Part shown: in pieces, positions 55,245 through 63,998 of the stretch | How positions within the stretch are numbered: position 1 is the first letter of the stretch | How the letters are laid out: each line of letters opens with the position of its first letter | DNA from: an uncultured Flavobacterium sp. | GTDB lineage: Bacteria; Bacteroidota; Bacteroidia; Flavobacteriales; Flavobacteriaceae | Assembly (NCBI GenBank): GCA_964409345.1 | Contig: CAYPCZ010000001.1 | Span: 92,346 to 156,345 of the forward strand | Direction of reading: 5' to 3' | DNA length: 64,000 nt | Made by a program: the position numbers and the translations under genes | Notes under the pieces: model-generated | What the model was told of the DNA's origin: nothing | Database searches by the model: none | What the model saw: only the letters and a program-made list of their open reading frames with translations

Positions 55245-56168
55245 CTACCACTCTTCATATTCTGGATTTATGCTATTTGCATAAGCAATCCCAATGTCTG
55301 TTATTTTCCTTCCTCTTGGATGTTTTTCTATAAGACCTAACTTTATTAAGTAAGGTTCGTATTCTTTTTCGAATTGATCATTGTCAATCTCGGCCATAGA
55401 ACAAAGTGTTTTAACAGCCAGCTGATTGTGTTTTTGGAGAATTCTAATGATCTTATCTTCATGGGTTGTAAGTCCATTTTCTTGGATTTCCAAATCATCA
55501 AATGTGATCTGTGCTACTTCTTTTGTGATTTTAATATCAGAGTTAGAATTTTGAATAGCCAAGAATTTACTTTTGTTAAAGCAATTATCAATATATTTTT
55601 GTATTGTTCTTGGTATGCCCCGGCCTCGTTTTGCTATTTCGTTTATTGCAATGTCATCTATCTCAATATTATTTGATATACAATATCTGACAATAATTTC
55701 CTTTGATTCTTCAAAGGTGTAATCAGAGGTCATAATTGTTAAACCAAACCTATTTTGAAAAGGTTTAACAAGTTTACCTGGGTCTGTTGTTGCTCCGATT
55801 AATATAAAGTTCGGCTTTTCCATTAGCGGAAAAAACATTTCTTGATGCTGTGTTTTTAGCTGGTGTATTTCATCAATAAACAATAAAGCTTTTACGTCAG
55901 GATTGAGATTTCTAATTAAAATCTTAAGACGCATTAAAACTTGCTTGTCTTCAGACAAGACTCTTCCATGATACTCTCTAAGGTTACATCCAACCATATT
56001 GGCTATTGCTTTTGATAGTGTAGTTTTGCCACAACCAGAATTTCCTATAATAAGTATATGTGGAAACTTTGTTCCATCATGCTGACTGACTGTAGCAGCT
56101 TCTACCAATAACTGTTTTGGCTTTTCCATTCCTACAAGACTGTCTAAATGGCTAATATCAATTGACAT
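55245..56168 (-). CDS. ruvB: RuvB-like Holliday junction branch-migration ATPase
   Basis: Collinear with E. coli RuvB: GNSGCGKTTLSKAIANMVG, LFIDEIHQL, ILIGATTDPGKLVKPFQNRFG, GRGIPRTIQKY, C-terminal EPYLIKLGLIEKHPRGR. Confidence 0.8.
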   Translation of the reverse strand: MSIDISHLDSLVGMEKPKQLLVEAATVSQHDGTKFPHILIIGNSGCGKTTLSKAIANMVGCNLREYHGRVLSEDKQVLMRLKILIRNLNPDVKALLFIDEIHQLKTQHQEMFFPLMEKPNFILIGATTDPGKLVKPFQNRFGLTIMTSDYTFEESKEIIVRYCISNNIEIDDIAINEIAKRGRGIPRTIQKYIDNCFNKSKFLAIQNSNSDIKITKEVAQITFDDLEIQENGLTTHEDKIIRILQKHNQLAVKTLCSMAEIDNDQFEKEYEPYLIKLGLIEKHPRGRKITDIGIAYANSINPEYEEW

Positions 56169-56350
56169 ATCTGCAAATCTCCAATAATCTACTATACTAC
56201 GCTGCTATTTATACTATATACAATAAGATGAATTGTTTATTCAATACTTTTGTTTTTTTAAAATAAAAGTTAACTCATCAAATCAATGAAAGACCAGGAT
56301 AAATTTTTACACTTACCCTGGTCTTCTTTTAATTTGAAGATGTTTATTTG

Positions 56351-56707
56351 TTATTCAATTTCAACGTCACAAACATCATACTCAACGTCTTCTTTGTCAC
56401 AAACATCAGATAGAACTTCGTTAAGAATTGAGTGTACTTTACCCTCAATAGCTTCTTGGTTATCTTCGTCATCATCTTCGTCATCATCTGATGCAAGATC
56501 TTCTGTATCAAAAACAAATTCAGAATTGACAGAACCAAAGTCATCTCCTGCGGATTCCATTTTTGCTCCAACGACATTGATCTCGATATTTTCATCAACA
56601 GATGAAACCATCTCATTAAAGTTTTTCAAAACACCAATGAGTGAATTTTCATCATTTTCGTCAAGACTTGAAACATTCTTGAAATCAACCTGTGCTGTAA
56701 TTTTCAT
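56351..56707 (-). CDS. hypothetical highly acidic protein
   Basis: 118 aa; strong AAGGAG RBS; DDDEDDDED tract; chosen over the antisense Ser-rich ORF 56286..56720. Confidence 0.5.
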   Translation of the reverse strand: MKITAQVDFKNVSSLDENDENSLIGVLKNFNEMVSSVDENIEINVVGAKMESAGDDFGSVNSEFVFDTEDLASDDDEDDDEDNQEAIEGKVHSILNEVLSDVCDKEDVEYDVCDVEIE

Positions 56708-56847
56708 AAAATCTCCTTAAGATTTTTATAATGTTTTTAAATTTTAATACTTGAAACTTAAAGGCTGTGTTTTACTTAATGCATTACAACCCTCCCTGGT
56801 TTTTTAATTCGTATTTACATTTGATCAAAATTTAAAAACATGAAGAG

Positions 56848-56888
56848 AATCAAGTGCCAGATAGATAATTGCTATCTGGCACTTGATT
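56848..56888 (-). terminator. rho-independent terminator
   Basis: 17-bp inverted repeat AATCAAGTGCCAGATAG / CTATCTGGCACTTGATT directly after the stop of the 56894 gene, followed by a T-rich tract on the minus strand. Confidence 0.65.
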
Positions 56889-56893
56889 AAATT

Positions 56894-57538
56894 TTATGCG
56901 TTGGCATTTTCCTGTTTATCATTTCGGCTCTGTAGCTTGAGCTTTCTGATACGATTGACTACACCTCTACACATTCCTCCGCCACGAATATCAATGCCAA
57001 ATCCTTTCATGGCCTCTTCTACATCTTTTACATGAATTCCTTCTTTGATGTTAAGTGTAAAGGATGTATCTTCGTTCTTGTTGATAATAACTTTTACAAT
57101 TTCTTCGTTATCATCAATGAAGAAAATATCATATCGGTGACTTGCTCCGGTACGATTTCGAGATACACCTTTACCTCCACCCTTTACGTTGCGAAGGGTT
57201 TTGATTGGAAGTCCAAGATCTTTGCGCTTTTCATTATAACGCTGTAGAATACCTTCCAACTCATTTTGGTGTTCAAGTTGTTTTGTCTTCTTTGATTCTT
57301 TAAGAAGTTCGATTTGATCGTCAATGGTTTTGAGTTCAATAGTTAAAAACTCATCAGCATTTTTGATTTGATCTTCGAACGGCTTAAGTTCTTCGGCAAA
57401 GTTTTCTTCGCGTTTAATTAGCTCTTCTTGTTCCTTGCTTTTAATTGCATTTCTTGTTTCTTTCATGATAGCTTCAAGCTGATCAAGTGAAATGCCTTCA
57501 AGGCTACCTAGAGCTTCGGTAAAGTTTACATCTGACAT
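56894..57538 (-). CDS. hypothetical coiled-coil protein, paralog A (GGG-x-CRGVVNRI C-terminal motif)
   Basis: 214 aa; shares SLDQLEAIMKETRNAIKS, LKPFEDQI, YNEKRKDLGL and GGGMCRGVVNRI blocks with the next gene. Confidence 0.55.
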   Translation of the reverse strand: MSDVNFTEALGSLEGISLDQLEAIMKETRNAIKSKEQEELIKREENFAEELKPFEDQIKNADEFLTIELKTIDDQIELLKESKKTKQLEHQNELEGILQRYNEKRKDLGLPIKTLRNVKGGGKGVSRNRTGASHRYDIFFIDDNEEIVKVIINKNEDTSFTLNIKEGIHVKDVEEAMKGFGIDIRGGGMCRGVVNRIRKLKLQSRNDKQENANA

Positions 57539-57612
57539 TATTACTTTCTCCTGTTCTGCAATTTATAACTACGTTCTACATTTATCTTATTGGCTAAATA
57601 AGATAATAAAGC

Positions 57613-57646
57613 AAATGGGTAGTGAGAAAAATCTCACTACCCATTT
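57613..57646 (-). terminator. rho-independent terminator between the paralogs
   Basis: AAATGGGTAGTGAGA / TCTCACTACCCATTT 15-bp stem; T-rich tract follows on the minus strand. Confidence 0.7.
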
Positions 57647-57661
57647 TAAATCATTGCGATT

Positions 57662-58381
57662 TTATTCGCCCTGATCCTGACCTTCGTTGCCTTCACCTTC
57701 GTTGCCTTCACCCTGATTGTCAGTGTTGTCAGGTTCGGTACCCTCGGGGACGGTTCCACCCTTCTGAGCTTTCTGAATTTTGCTATTATACTGCGAGTAA
57801 ATGCGATTGAGGACTCCACGACCACGACCGCCGCCATCATCCTGAATATTCTGAGCTTTGATAAGATGCTCACGAACATCTTCAATCTTGGCGCGACCAT
57901 CTTCACCAATGGCAATAGTAACAAAGGTTTCTGGCTTGTCTTTCACACCAATCTCAGCAGTGTGATTTTCAACATTGACATCAATATGCCAGCTCATCTG
58001 AGGTCCAGCAGATGCCGAACGACTTGCTTTGAGGCCATGTTCTTTGCGCTTCTCGTTAAGCTTTTCACGAGCTTCATCGAGTTCCTGTTTTGCTTCTGCT
58101 AGCTTTGCTTTGTACTGCTCACGAATAGTCTTGAGCTTTTCATTCATGCTCTTCTTGAAGTTGTTATACTTCTCCTGAACCTGAGTGAAATTTTCTTCAT
58201 AAGGCTTGACTGCTTCAAGGGCTGCTGGATCAACTTCCGCCGCCGCTGATTTAGTCTGCGACTTAATATGCTTCTTAGTCTGTTCCATGAGTTTCTTGAG
58301 GTCATCAAGAGACATCTCACTAAACATACTTGGATCAAAAGCTGCTGCGGCAGCCTGTTCCTGATTCTGAGTATCAGACAT
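57662..58381 (-). CDS. hypothetical coiled-coil protein, paralog B (GGGRGRGVLNRI motif, NEGEG repeat tail)
   Basis: 239 aa; AAAGGAG RBS; markedly GC-richer than the window; 15-nt perfect tandem duplication at 57681-57710. Confidence 0.55.
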   Translation of the reverse strand: MSDTQNQEQAAAAAFDPSMFSEMSLDDLKKLMEQTKKHIKSQTKSAAAEVDPAALEAVKPYEENFTQVQEKYNNFKKSMNEKLKTIREQYKAKLAEAKQELDEAREKLNEKRKEHGLKASRSASAGPQMSWHIDVNVENHTAEIGVKDKPETFVTIAIGEDGRAKIEDVREHLIKAQNIQDDGGGRGRGVLNRIYSQYNSKIQKAQKGGTVPEGTEPDNTDNQGEGNEGEGNEGQDQGE

Positions 58382-58624
58382 CTTACTACTCCTTTTTCCG
58401 TTGTTTTTTTATTGGTGGCTAACCAATTTTATATATTAGGTTATGTTTAATAATATTTAAAATCTCAAGAAAAAATTCAAAAAATCTGCGATTATTTTTT
58501 TACATTGGATTAACCCTTTCAATTTCAATGTTTTATATATTGGAAAGATTGAAAATTATTTTTTGTTTAGTTGCTAAATTGTAACAATTAGTTATTTTGT
58601 TCTAATTTTTTGAAACAGGAATGA

Positions 58625-59638
58625 TCATTTTTTCCTTTTATCAAGTCTGGATATTCCACCAACCTTTTTCAAAAAAGGAAAGTTTTCTTCCAGTCGTTTA
58701 TCTTGCTCTTGTTCTTTTATTTTTTCTTGATTTTTTGTAATCTTGTCCATCAAGAATTCTTTGCTTTCATTCGCTCTTGCAGGTATTCTATATTCATCTC
58801 TACTGATACCTTTTAGCTTGAAATCATCTTGAATCTTCTTTCCGAAAATTCCCCATCCAAAATTAAGACCAATATCAGTATCTTGTGCTTTATCTAAAAT
58901 CCACTTAAGAATAACAACAAATTTTCTAAGATTAGCAAACTCTTCGCCTTCTTTAGTGTTATTTGAGGTTTCTGCAACTGTTTTCATTCTTGTTTCAGAT
59001 CTTTCAAGTAAAGAATTAAAATCTTCACCCTCTTTGCCAAGATAGCGTGTAACTATTTGACAACCTTTAAAAGAAATCCTTGGGTCAACATCTGGATGTT
59101 CTATGATTTTTTGATCTTTTGCATAGGTGAGCATACCTAAGAGTCTAATTAGATCAGACTTTTCAGCCCTAAGTGCAACTGCTGTTTGAACCGGAGGATG
59201 ATTTGATAATGAAAATTTGATTTCATCATATCTTTTGTTTGCTTTTTTAAAAAGATGATCAATCTCCTCTGCTGGACGCATTATATAAACCCTTTCTTTA
59301 CTTTCAGACTTTGTTATATTATATATTTTATGCCGTTTATATATTAAGTATTTATTATCTTTAAACTTACTTGTAAATCCTATCTCCTCACCTACTGAGA
59401 AAGAACTTGCATGACAGGCATCAAAGATACATTTATACATATTAAAGCCGTCATAAAGATATACCAAAAACTTCATTGGTAATTCAAATTTTGACTCTGG
59501 ATTACCAAAAGGACAAACTCTATCTTTTCTACAAATAGTCCCTCTATACATTTCTTTCAAGAATTCATTTATAGGAGGTCTTTGTTCAACACCACCAGTT
59601 TCTGAATCAGGAAGAATAGAATAGAAGTCATCTAACAT
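58625..59638 (-). CDS. hypothetical protein
   Basis: 337-aa ORF. Confidence 0.55.
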   Translation of the reverse strand: MLDDFYSILPDSETGGVEQRPPINEFLKEMYRGTICRKDRVCPFGNPESKFELPMKFLVYLYDGFNMYKCIFDACHASSFSVGEEIGFTSKFKDNKYLIYKRHKIYNITKSESKERVYIMRPAEEIDHLFKKANKRYDEIKFSLSNHPPVQTAVALRAEKSDLIRLLGMLTYAKDQKIIEHPDVDPRISFKGCQIVTRYLGKEGEDFNSLLERSETRMKTVAETSNNTKEGEEFANLRKFVVILKWILDKAQDTDIGLNFGWGIFGKKIQDDFKLKGISRDEYRIPARANESKEFLMDKITKNQEKIKEQEQDKRLEENFPFLKKVGGISRLDKRKK

Positions 59639-59647
59639 TAAAGCACC

Positions 59648-59989
59648 TCAGTCGAATTCATCTTCATCTAATTCTAATAATGATAATTCTTCAGATATAA
59701 CTTTTAATGTTTCTTCAAAAGAATCTTCACCAAATTTCTCACACATCATTTCTTTCATTTCAGATATTCCAAGTTGATTAGACATTAAGAAAGTTGCTGC
59801 TTCTCTTTCTGTTAAAGAATCAATATATGAAAAAAATTGAGAATTATGCCTTGTTACTATTTGACTGTCGTTATTTATAGAAGGTGTATTTTTTAATACT
59901 GAGAAAAAATAACCTTTAAACTTTGATTCTTTTAAAAAGTGAATGATTGTTTTAAGTTGTTCACAACATTCTGGTTTTGAATTGTCCAT
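59648..59989 (-). CDS. hypothetical protein
   Basis: 113-aa ORF. Confidence 0.5.
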   Translation of the reverse strand: MDNSKPECCEQLKTIIHFLKESKFKGYFFSVLKNTPSINNDSQIVTRHNSQFFSYIDSLTEREAATFLMSNQLGISEMKEMMCEKFGEDSFEETLKVISEELSLLELDEDEFD

Positions 59990-60068
59990 ATTCTTTATCT
60001 TTTCTATACAGATTTTGTATCAATATTTATTGTGGTTATATTAAATAAAAAGTTAAGAGGTTATTAAA

Positions 60069-60278
60069 ATGTCTGATAAAGCAAGTGAAAATAAAGATAA
60101 CAACAAGCCAAACAATAATAAACCCAAAGATGATCTTGATATTGATACTTCGATACCATCTCCTGCTGATGTAAATAAAGAGATGTTTGATGGTAAAAAT
60201 AAAGATAATGACAAGAAAAAAGATAAAAAATCTGATGATGGTCATTCTTTAGGTATTACTAGAGTTAAAGGTAGATAA
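60069..60278 (+). CDS. hypothetical K/D/N-rich disordered small protein (strand ambiguous)
   Basis: AAGAGG RBS 8 nt before the ATG; the competing antisense ORF 60036..60245 is hydrophobic but has no RBS. Confidence 0.35.
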   Translation: MSDKASENKDNNKPNNNKPKDDLDIDTSIPSPADVNKEMFDGKNKDNDKKKDKKSDDGHSLGITRVKGR

Positions 60279-60280
60279 TA

Positions 60281-60583
60281 TTAATCAAAAGATATTAGAT
60301 GTTCGTTTTCAAAGAGGTATATATCAAACAAAACACTTGATATATACCTCTTTTCATCTCCTATAAATAATTCCATATCTAATGATTTAGACTTTTTTAA
60401 ATCATTGATTTGAGATATACTTAAAAAAGTTGATTTTCTTTTTCCTTCTGATATATAGTAAACTTTTTTGTAAATTTTATGTTTATTTTTACTTATATCT
60501 CTTGCTTTTGGAATATAATTTAATCTTTTAAGCACACAGTCATTCTGACCATGAGTGACATAATATGTTTCATGATTAATCAT
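60281..60583 (-). CDS. hypothetical protein
   Basis: 100-aa ORF. Confidence 0.45.
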   Translation of the reverse strand: MINHETYYVTHGQNDCVLKRLNYIPKARDISKNKHKIYKKVYYISEGKRKSTFLSISQINDLKKSKSLDMELFIGDEKRYISSVLFDIYLFENEHLISFD

Positions 60584-61353
60584 TTGTCTTTAATAAAGCC
60601 TGTTGGTTTACTATTCATAATTTTATCAGCAGTTTGTTTTCCTGCTTGGTATCCACCTTCATCATGTATTCCAAGAGATACTTTTGCTTTTCTGATTTTA
60701 AGATTTTTTAATCTATCTTCTTCATATTTCAATATAGCATTTTGTTTCTTAATAACTACTTGATTCCATGCAACAGTAACTGATCTTTCTGTCACATCTT
60801 TTTGTGATGCTTCGGCTGCTTTTCTTTTTTCTTCTTCTATGATAGATTGTGCTTTTTCATAAATTCTATGAGCAAAACCTAAATAAAATGAAGTTCTATA
60901 TCTTTTCTTTTCAGACATAGAACTTGAACTGATAGTTTGTACATAAATATCAGCAAATCCTTTAGCAGCATAATAAAAATAACTTGCCAATGCTGCTGCT
61001 ACTCCGACATCTGTTCTTGCACCAATGAATACATATTGAACTTTTTTCTCAGGATACTTCATTCTCTGATAATAAAAGAATTTTGTATTGGTTAGCAAGG
61101 CTATACCGCTAAGCATTTCAGCTACCCAAGTACTCTTTGCTTTAGTTTCAAAGATAGACTCTTCTACAACTTCATCATCTTTGTTCTTATCTCTAGATAT
61201 GGATGAGAAATCCTCGAGAGATAGATCGAATTTTTGCAAGATTTCTCTTGCTTTTCCCATAGCAGCAAGTACTTCACCTTCAGTTGCACCTTCATTATTT
61301 GCAAGTGTTAATATCTTGCCAAGTTTTTCAATTACTTCCTTTGGAATTTCCAC
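60580..61353 (-). CDS. hypothetical protein, DUF2786-like N-terminus
   Basis: KILTLANNEGATEGEVLAAMGKAREILQKFDL matches the A/E-rich helical motif common in phage DUF2786 proteins. Confidence 0.45.
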   Translation of the reverse strand: MEIPKEVIEKLGKILTLANNEGATEGEVLAAMGKAREILQKFDLSLEDFSSISRDKNKDDEVVEESIFETKAKSTWVAEMLSGIALLTNTKFFYYQRMKYPEKKVQYVFIGARTDVGVAAALASYFYYAAKGFADIYVQTISSSSMSEKKRYRTSFYLGFAHRIYEKAQSIIEEEKRKAAEASQKDVTERSVTVAWNQVVIKKQNAILKYEEDRLKNLKIRKAKVSLGIHDEGGYQAGKQTADKIMNSKPTGFIKDK

Positions 61354-61738
61354 CCAAATCTCCTTTGTTTAGACGATCTTCTATCGTTAAAGAAACTTCA
61401 TGTAGCAGCTCTATAGTTTCAATGGCTTTAACAGCCATAATAATAGCCTCTATAGGATTAGAAAAAATACTGATCAATTCAGTGCGATGATTTCTTGCGC
61501 AGAATTTACATTCTATATCTTCAATTCCAAAGGGGTCTATACACCATCCTACTTTAATAGATTTTATATTTGGTAGGACTTCGTATTCCATAGCTCTATA
61601 AGATACAGATACTTTGTTGTCTATAAGAAATAAAGTATCATTTGATTCTTCACTATTGAATATTTCAAATGAAAGCTTTGTTTGACAATGACTGTATATT
61701 ATATTGATTATTTCTTCTGGATTTATGATGTTTGTCAT
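61328..61738 (-). CDS. hypothetical protein
   Basis: 136-aa ORF. Confidence 0.45.
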   Translation of the reverse strand: MTNIINPEEIINIIYSHCQTKLSFEIFNSEESNDTLFLIDNKVSVSYRAMEYEVLPNIKSIKVGWCIDPFGIEDIECKFCARNHRTELISIFSNPIEAIIMAVKAIETIELLHEVSLTIEDRLNKGDLGGNSKGSN

Positions 61739-62061
61739 CAGTTTTCAAACTTGATTAATTCATCAAATTCTGATCTGTCATTTTTGGTTTGTGTTCTTTC
61801 GTGATACATTTTAATTATTCTTCTAAGAGAATCTATTTCTGGCCCTTGTCTGTTTTCCATAAAAGCTATTTTTGCAATGTCATGATAAACAAAGTAATCA
61901 CTTTTATTTGCAGATCGCGTCCATTCTTCTACACCAAGTATTTTTAATAACTTCATTTCTTTTTCAGAAAATCTATTATTGTAATTAAGTTCGTGTCTTA
62001 GATTTAGCTTCTCACGTCTTTGGATTTCTTTTTGAATTAAATCAAGAGCTTCACGATTCAT
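61738..62061 (-). CDS. hypothetical protein
   Basis: 107-aa ORF. Confidence 0.45.
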   Translation of the reverse strand: MNREALDLIQKEIQRREKLNLRHELNYNNRFSEKEMKLLKILGVEEWTRSANKSDYFVYHDIAKIAFMENRQGPEIDSLRRIIKMYHERTQTKNDRSEFDELIKFEN

Positions 62062-62087
62062 TTTTTACTTCTTTCTTTTGGGAAAAA

Positions 62088-62375
62088 TTAATTTTCTATT
62101 CTTAAAATTCTTTTACAGGCTTCTTCCCACGCACCATCTTCTGTATCAGCAAACGACTTCATTAATTCCTTTGTTATTGTAATGACTTTTTGTTGTTTCT
62201 CATCATATACTTTTTTCTTATACAAGATTTTATATAAAAGATTTTTATCTTGATAAATATATGCAGTTGAATATTTATTTAATACAAAGTCTTTACATGT
62301 AGTATTTTCATTTGCTACTCCACATTTTTTTAATAGAGAAAAAAGTTTATTCGTCATATATGCTTCCTGTCTCAA
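62088..62375 (-). CDS. hypothetical protein
   Basis: 95-aa ORF. Confidence 0.45.
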   Translation of the reverse strand: MRQEAYMTNKLFSLLKKCGVANENTTCKDFVLNKYSTAYIYQDKNLLYKILYKKKVYDEKQQKVITITKELMKSFADTEDGAWEEACKRILRIEN

Positions 62376-63006
62376 AACCTTTCATATAAAGTTCAGAATA
62401 AGGGAAATTATTTTCATTAAGTAAATTTAAAAGTTTATGTAAAAAAAGTAACTGAAGATCATTTTGATGTACACCTTCTGGTAAGTCTAAGTGTGCATTA
62501 ATTTCTACAGTTGAAGTAATATTTCTTTTTTTAATATTTAGAAATTTTAAAGTTCGTAAATCAATATTCGATCTTGCAATGCTATACCAGTCAAGATTTT
62601 CATTTCCATATTCAGTGAAAGCTTTTATAGAACTCATCACCGATATAGAGGTATATATTCCAGGAGTTATTCCAATGTTTATTCTATCTAAAAAGTTACA
62701 AACTTTCTTTGCACATGGATAGCCAAATAAATTGAGTTTAAATTCAGTATCACATATCCAAATAAATTCTTTATCTTGATCAATAGCCAAGGAATCTTCT
62801 ACTTCTGAATAAAAGCCTTCTTTGGATAATTCTTTATATTTATGAGTTGGTAGTATAAGTTTATCAATACCTCTCAGCAAAGAAAGATATTCTTTCAAAC
62901 TTGGTTGAACTGAAAATTCACTTTTTACTTTATCTAACTGTTGTTGAATGGAAGAATAAACTTGATACCCTATATCATAATAACTGATTACATCATGGTT
63001 ACTCAT
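62347..63006 (-). CDS. hypothetical protein
   Basis: 219-aa ORF. Confidence 0.5.
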   Translation of the reverse strand: MSNHDVISYYDIGYQVYSSIQQQLDKVKSEFSVQPSLKEYLSLLRGIDKLILPTHKYKELSKEGFYSEVEDSLAIDQDKEFIWICDTEFKLNLFGYPCAKKVCNFLDRINIGITPGIYTSISVMSSIKAFTEYGNENLDWYSIARSNIDLRTLKFLNIKKRNITSTVEINAHLDLPEGVHQNDLQLLFLHKLLNLLNENNFPYSELYMKGFETGSIYDE

Positions 63007-63018
63007 TTTATTATTCCT

Positions 63019-63417
63019 TTATCCAACAAGATATTCGTTGCCTTTTTTCTTAGAAGCTTCTATGATTTTTTCCAGATCATATTTAGATTTTTCTGGAAGA
63101 CAATCTCCATATTTATTCAAGAATTCTTCACACTTTTCTAGCTCACTCCAATAGCCAATTGATCTACTTCCAATGTGGCCTGGATTTTCATCACCTTCTT
63201 CTTCAATGACAAGAACCATAAAAGGAGCATAGGTAGAGTGTTTTGGTTTACACCACTTATTAGTTTTAGGATTTAGTGTTCGAGTTGATTTTCGAAATCC
63301 AAAATTGGGTTTATGTTCTATCCAAGTTTTTACTTGTGTACGAAGTTTAAAACCCCAAGGATAATCTTCGATTAGATAGGCTGTTTCTTCTGAGGTATGA
63401 CCTTTAAGTCCACGCAT
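63019..63417 (-). CDS. hypothetical protein
   Basis: 132-aa ORF. Confidence 0.5.
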   Translation of the reverse strand: MRGLKGHTSEETAYLIEDYPWGFKLRTQVKTWIEHKPNFGFRKSTRTLNPKTNKWCKPKHSTYAPFMVLVIEEEGDENPGHIGSRSIGYWSELEKCEEFLNKYGDCLPEKSKYDLEKIIEASKKKGNEYLVG

Positions 63418-63536
63418 ATTTATAAGTCCTTTGACTAAATCTTTGTTTTTTATCTTATACTCTTTAATTTTTATAAAACATTGATTTTTAACACTTTATA
63501 GATTAAAAGTTGTTTATGTATTTTCACTTTCCAACT

Positions 63537-63561
63537 AAAAAAATACCGAAAGATAATCGGT
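63537..63561 (-). terminator. weak terminator candidate
   Basis: Minus strand ACCGA-TTATCTT-TCGGT followed by ATTTTTTT; only a 5-bp stem. Confidence 0.3.
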
Positions 63562-63669
63562 CGGAAAATGTCGAAAAAAGCCGTTTTGTAAATTTTACAT
63601 AATTTTTCCTTTCATTTTACATCAAGTTACAGAATTTTGAAATATACTTATTTATTTTATAGAGTTATT

Positions 63670-63882
63670 TTAGAAAAAATCAACATTGTCTTTCTTGAAA
63701 GAAAGTGTTTTTTTGATTTTGTTTTTTATTTCAGTAGCAGATTTGTAATCTTTACTTTCTAAACATTGACAATATTCTTTTGAAAGTTTTATTTCTTCTC
63801 TATATTTATGAAGAATATTTAGACTATTTAGAAGTTTAATTGTTTTATCTAGTTTTATTCTTGCTTTTTCAGCTTTATTCAT
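63670..63882 (-). CDS. hypothetical protein
   Basis: 70-aa ORF. Confidence 0.4.
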   Translation of the reverse strand: MNKAEKARIKLDKTIKLLNSLNILHKYREEIKLSKEYCQCLESKDYKSATEIKNKIKKTLSFKKDNVDFF

Positions 63883-63921
63883 ATTTAATTTCTATGAGTT
63901 GTTACTTACTTTATGTTAAAA

Positions 63922-63998
63922 TGGTACACCGAGCAGGATTTGAACCTGCGACCTGCGGATTAGAAGTCCGCTGCTCTATCCAACTGAGCTATCGGTGC
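63922..63998 (-). tRNA. tRNA-Arg (anticodon UCU), CCA encoded
   Basis: Acceptor GCACCGA/TCGGTGT, D arm GCTC-AGTTGGATA-GAGC, anticodon arm GCGGA-CTTCTAA-TCCGC, T arm GCAGG-TTCAAAT-CCTGC. Confidence 0.9.

Noticed and set aside
56286-56720. 144-aa Ser-rich plus-strand ORF, plus the 56344..56616 minus-frame ORF
   Set aside because: The minus-strand acidic ORF 56351..56707 has a strong AAGGAG RBS and is co-directional with its neighbours. The others are frame or antisense shadows caused by the biased D/E codon composition.
57622-58450. Several 60-92-aa ORFs in both orientations overlapping 57662..58381
   Set aside because: They are stop-poor alternative frames of a GC-richer gene. None has an RBS, and one spans the terminator hairpin.
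60036-60245. 69-aa hydrophobic minus-strand ORF
   Set aside because: It competes with the plus-strand ORF 60069..60278, which has a good AAGAGG RBS, while the minus ORF has none. The call remains ambiguous, and its hydrophobicity may simply mirror the K/N/D-rich codons of the opposite strand.
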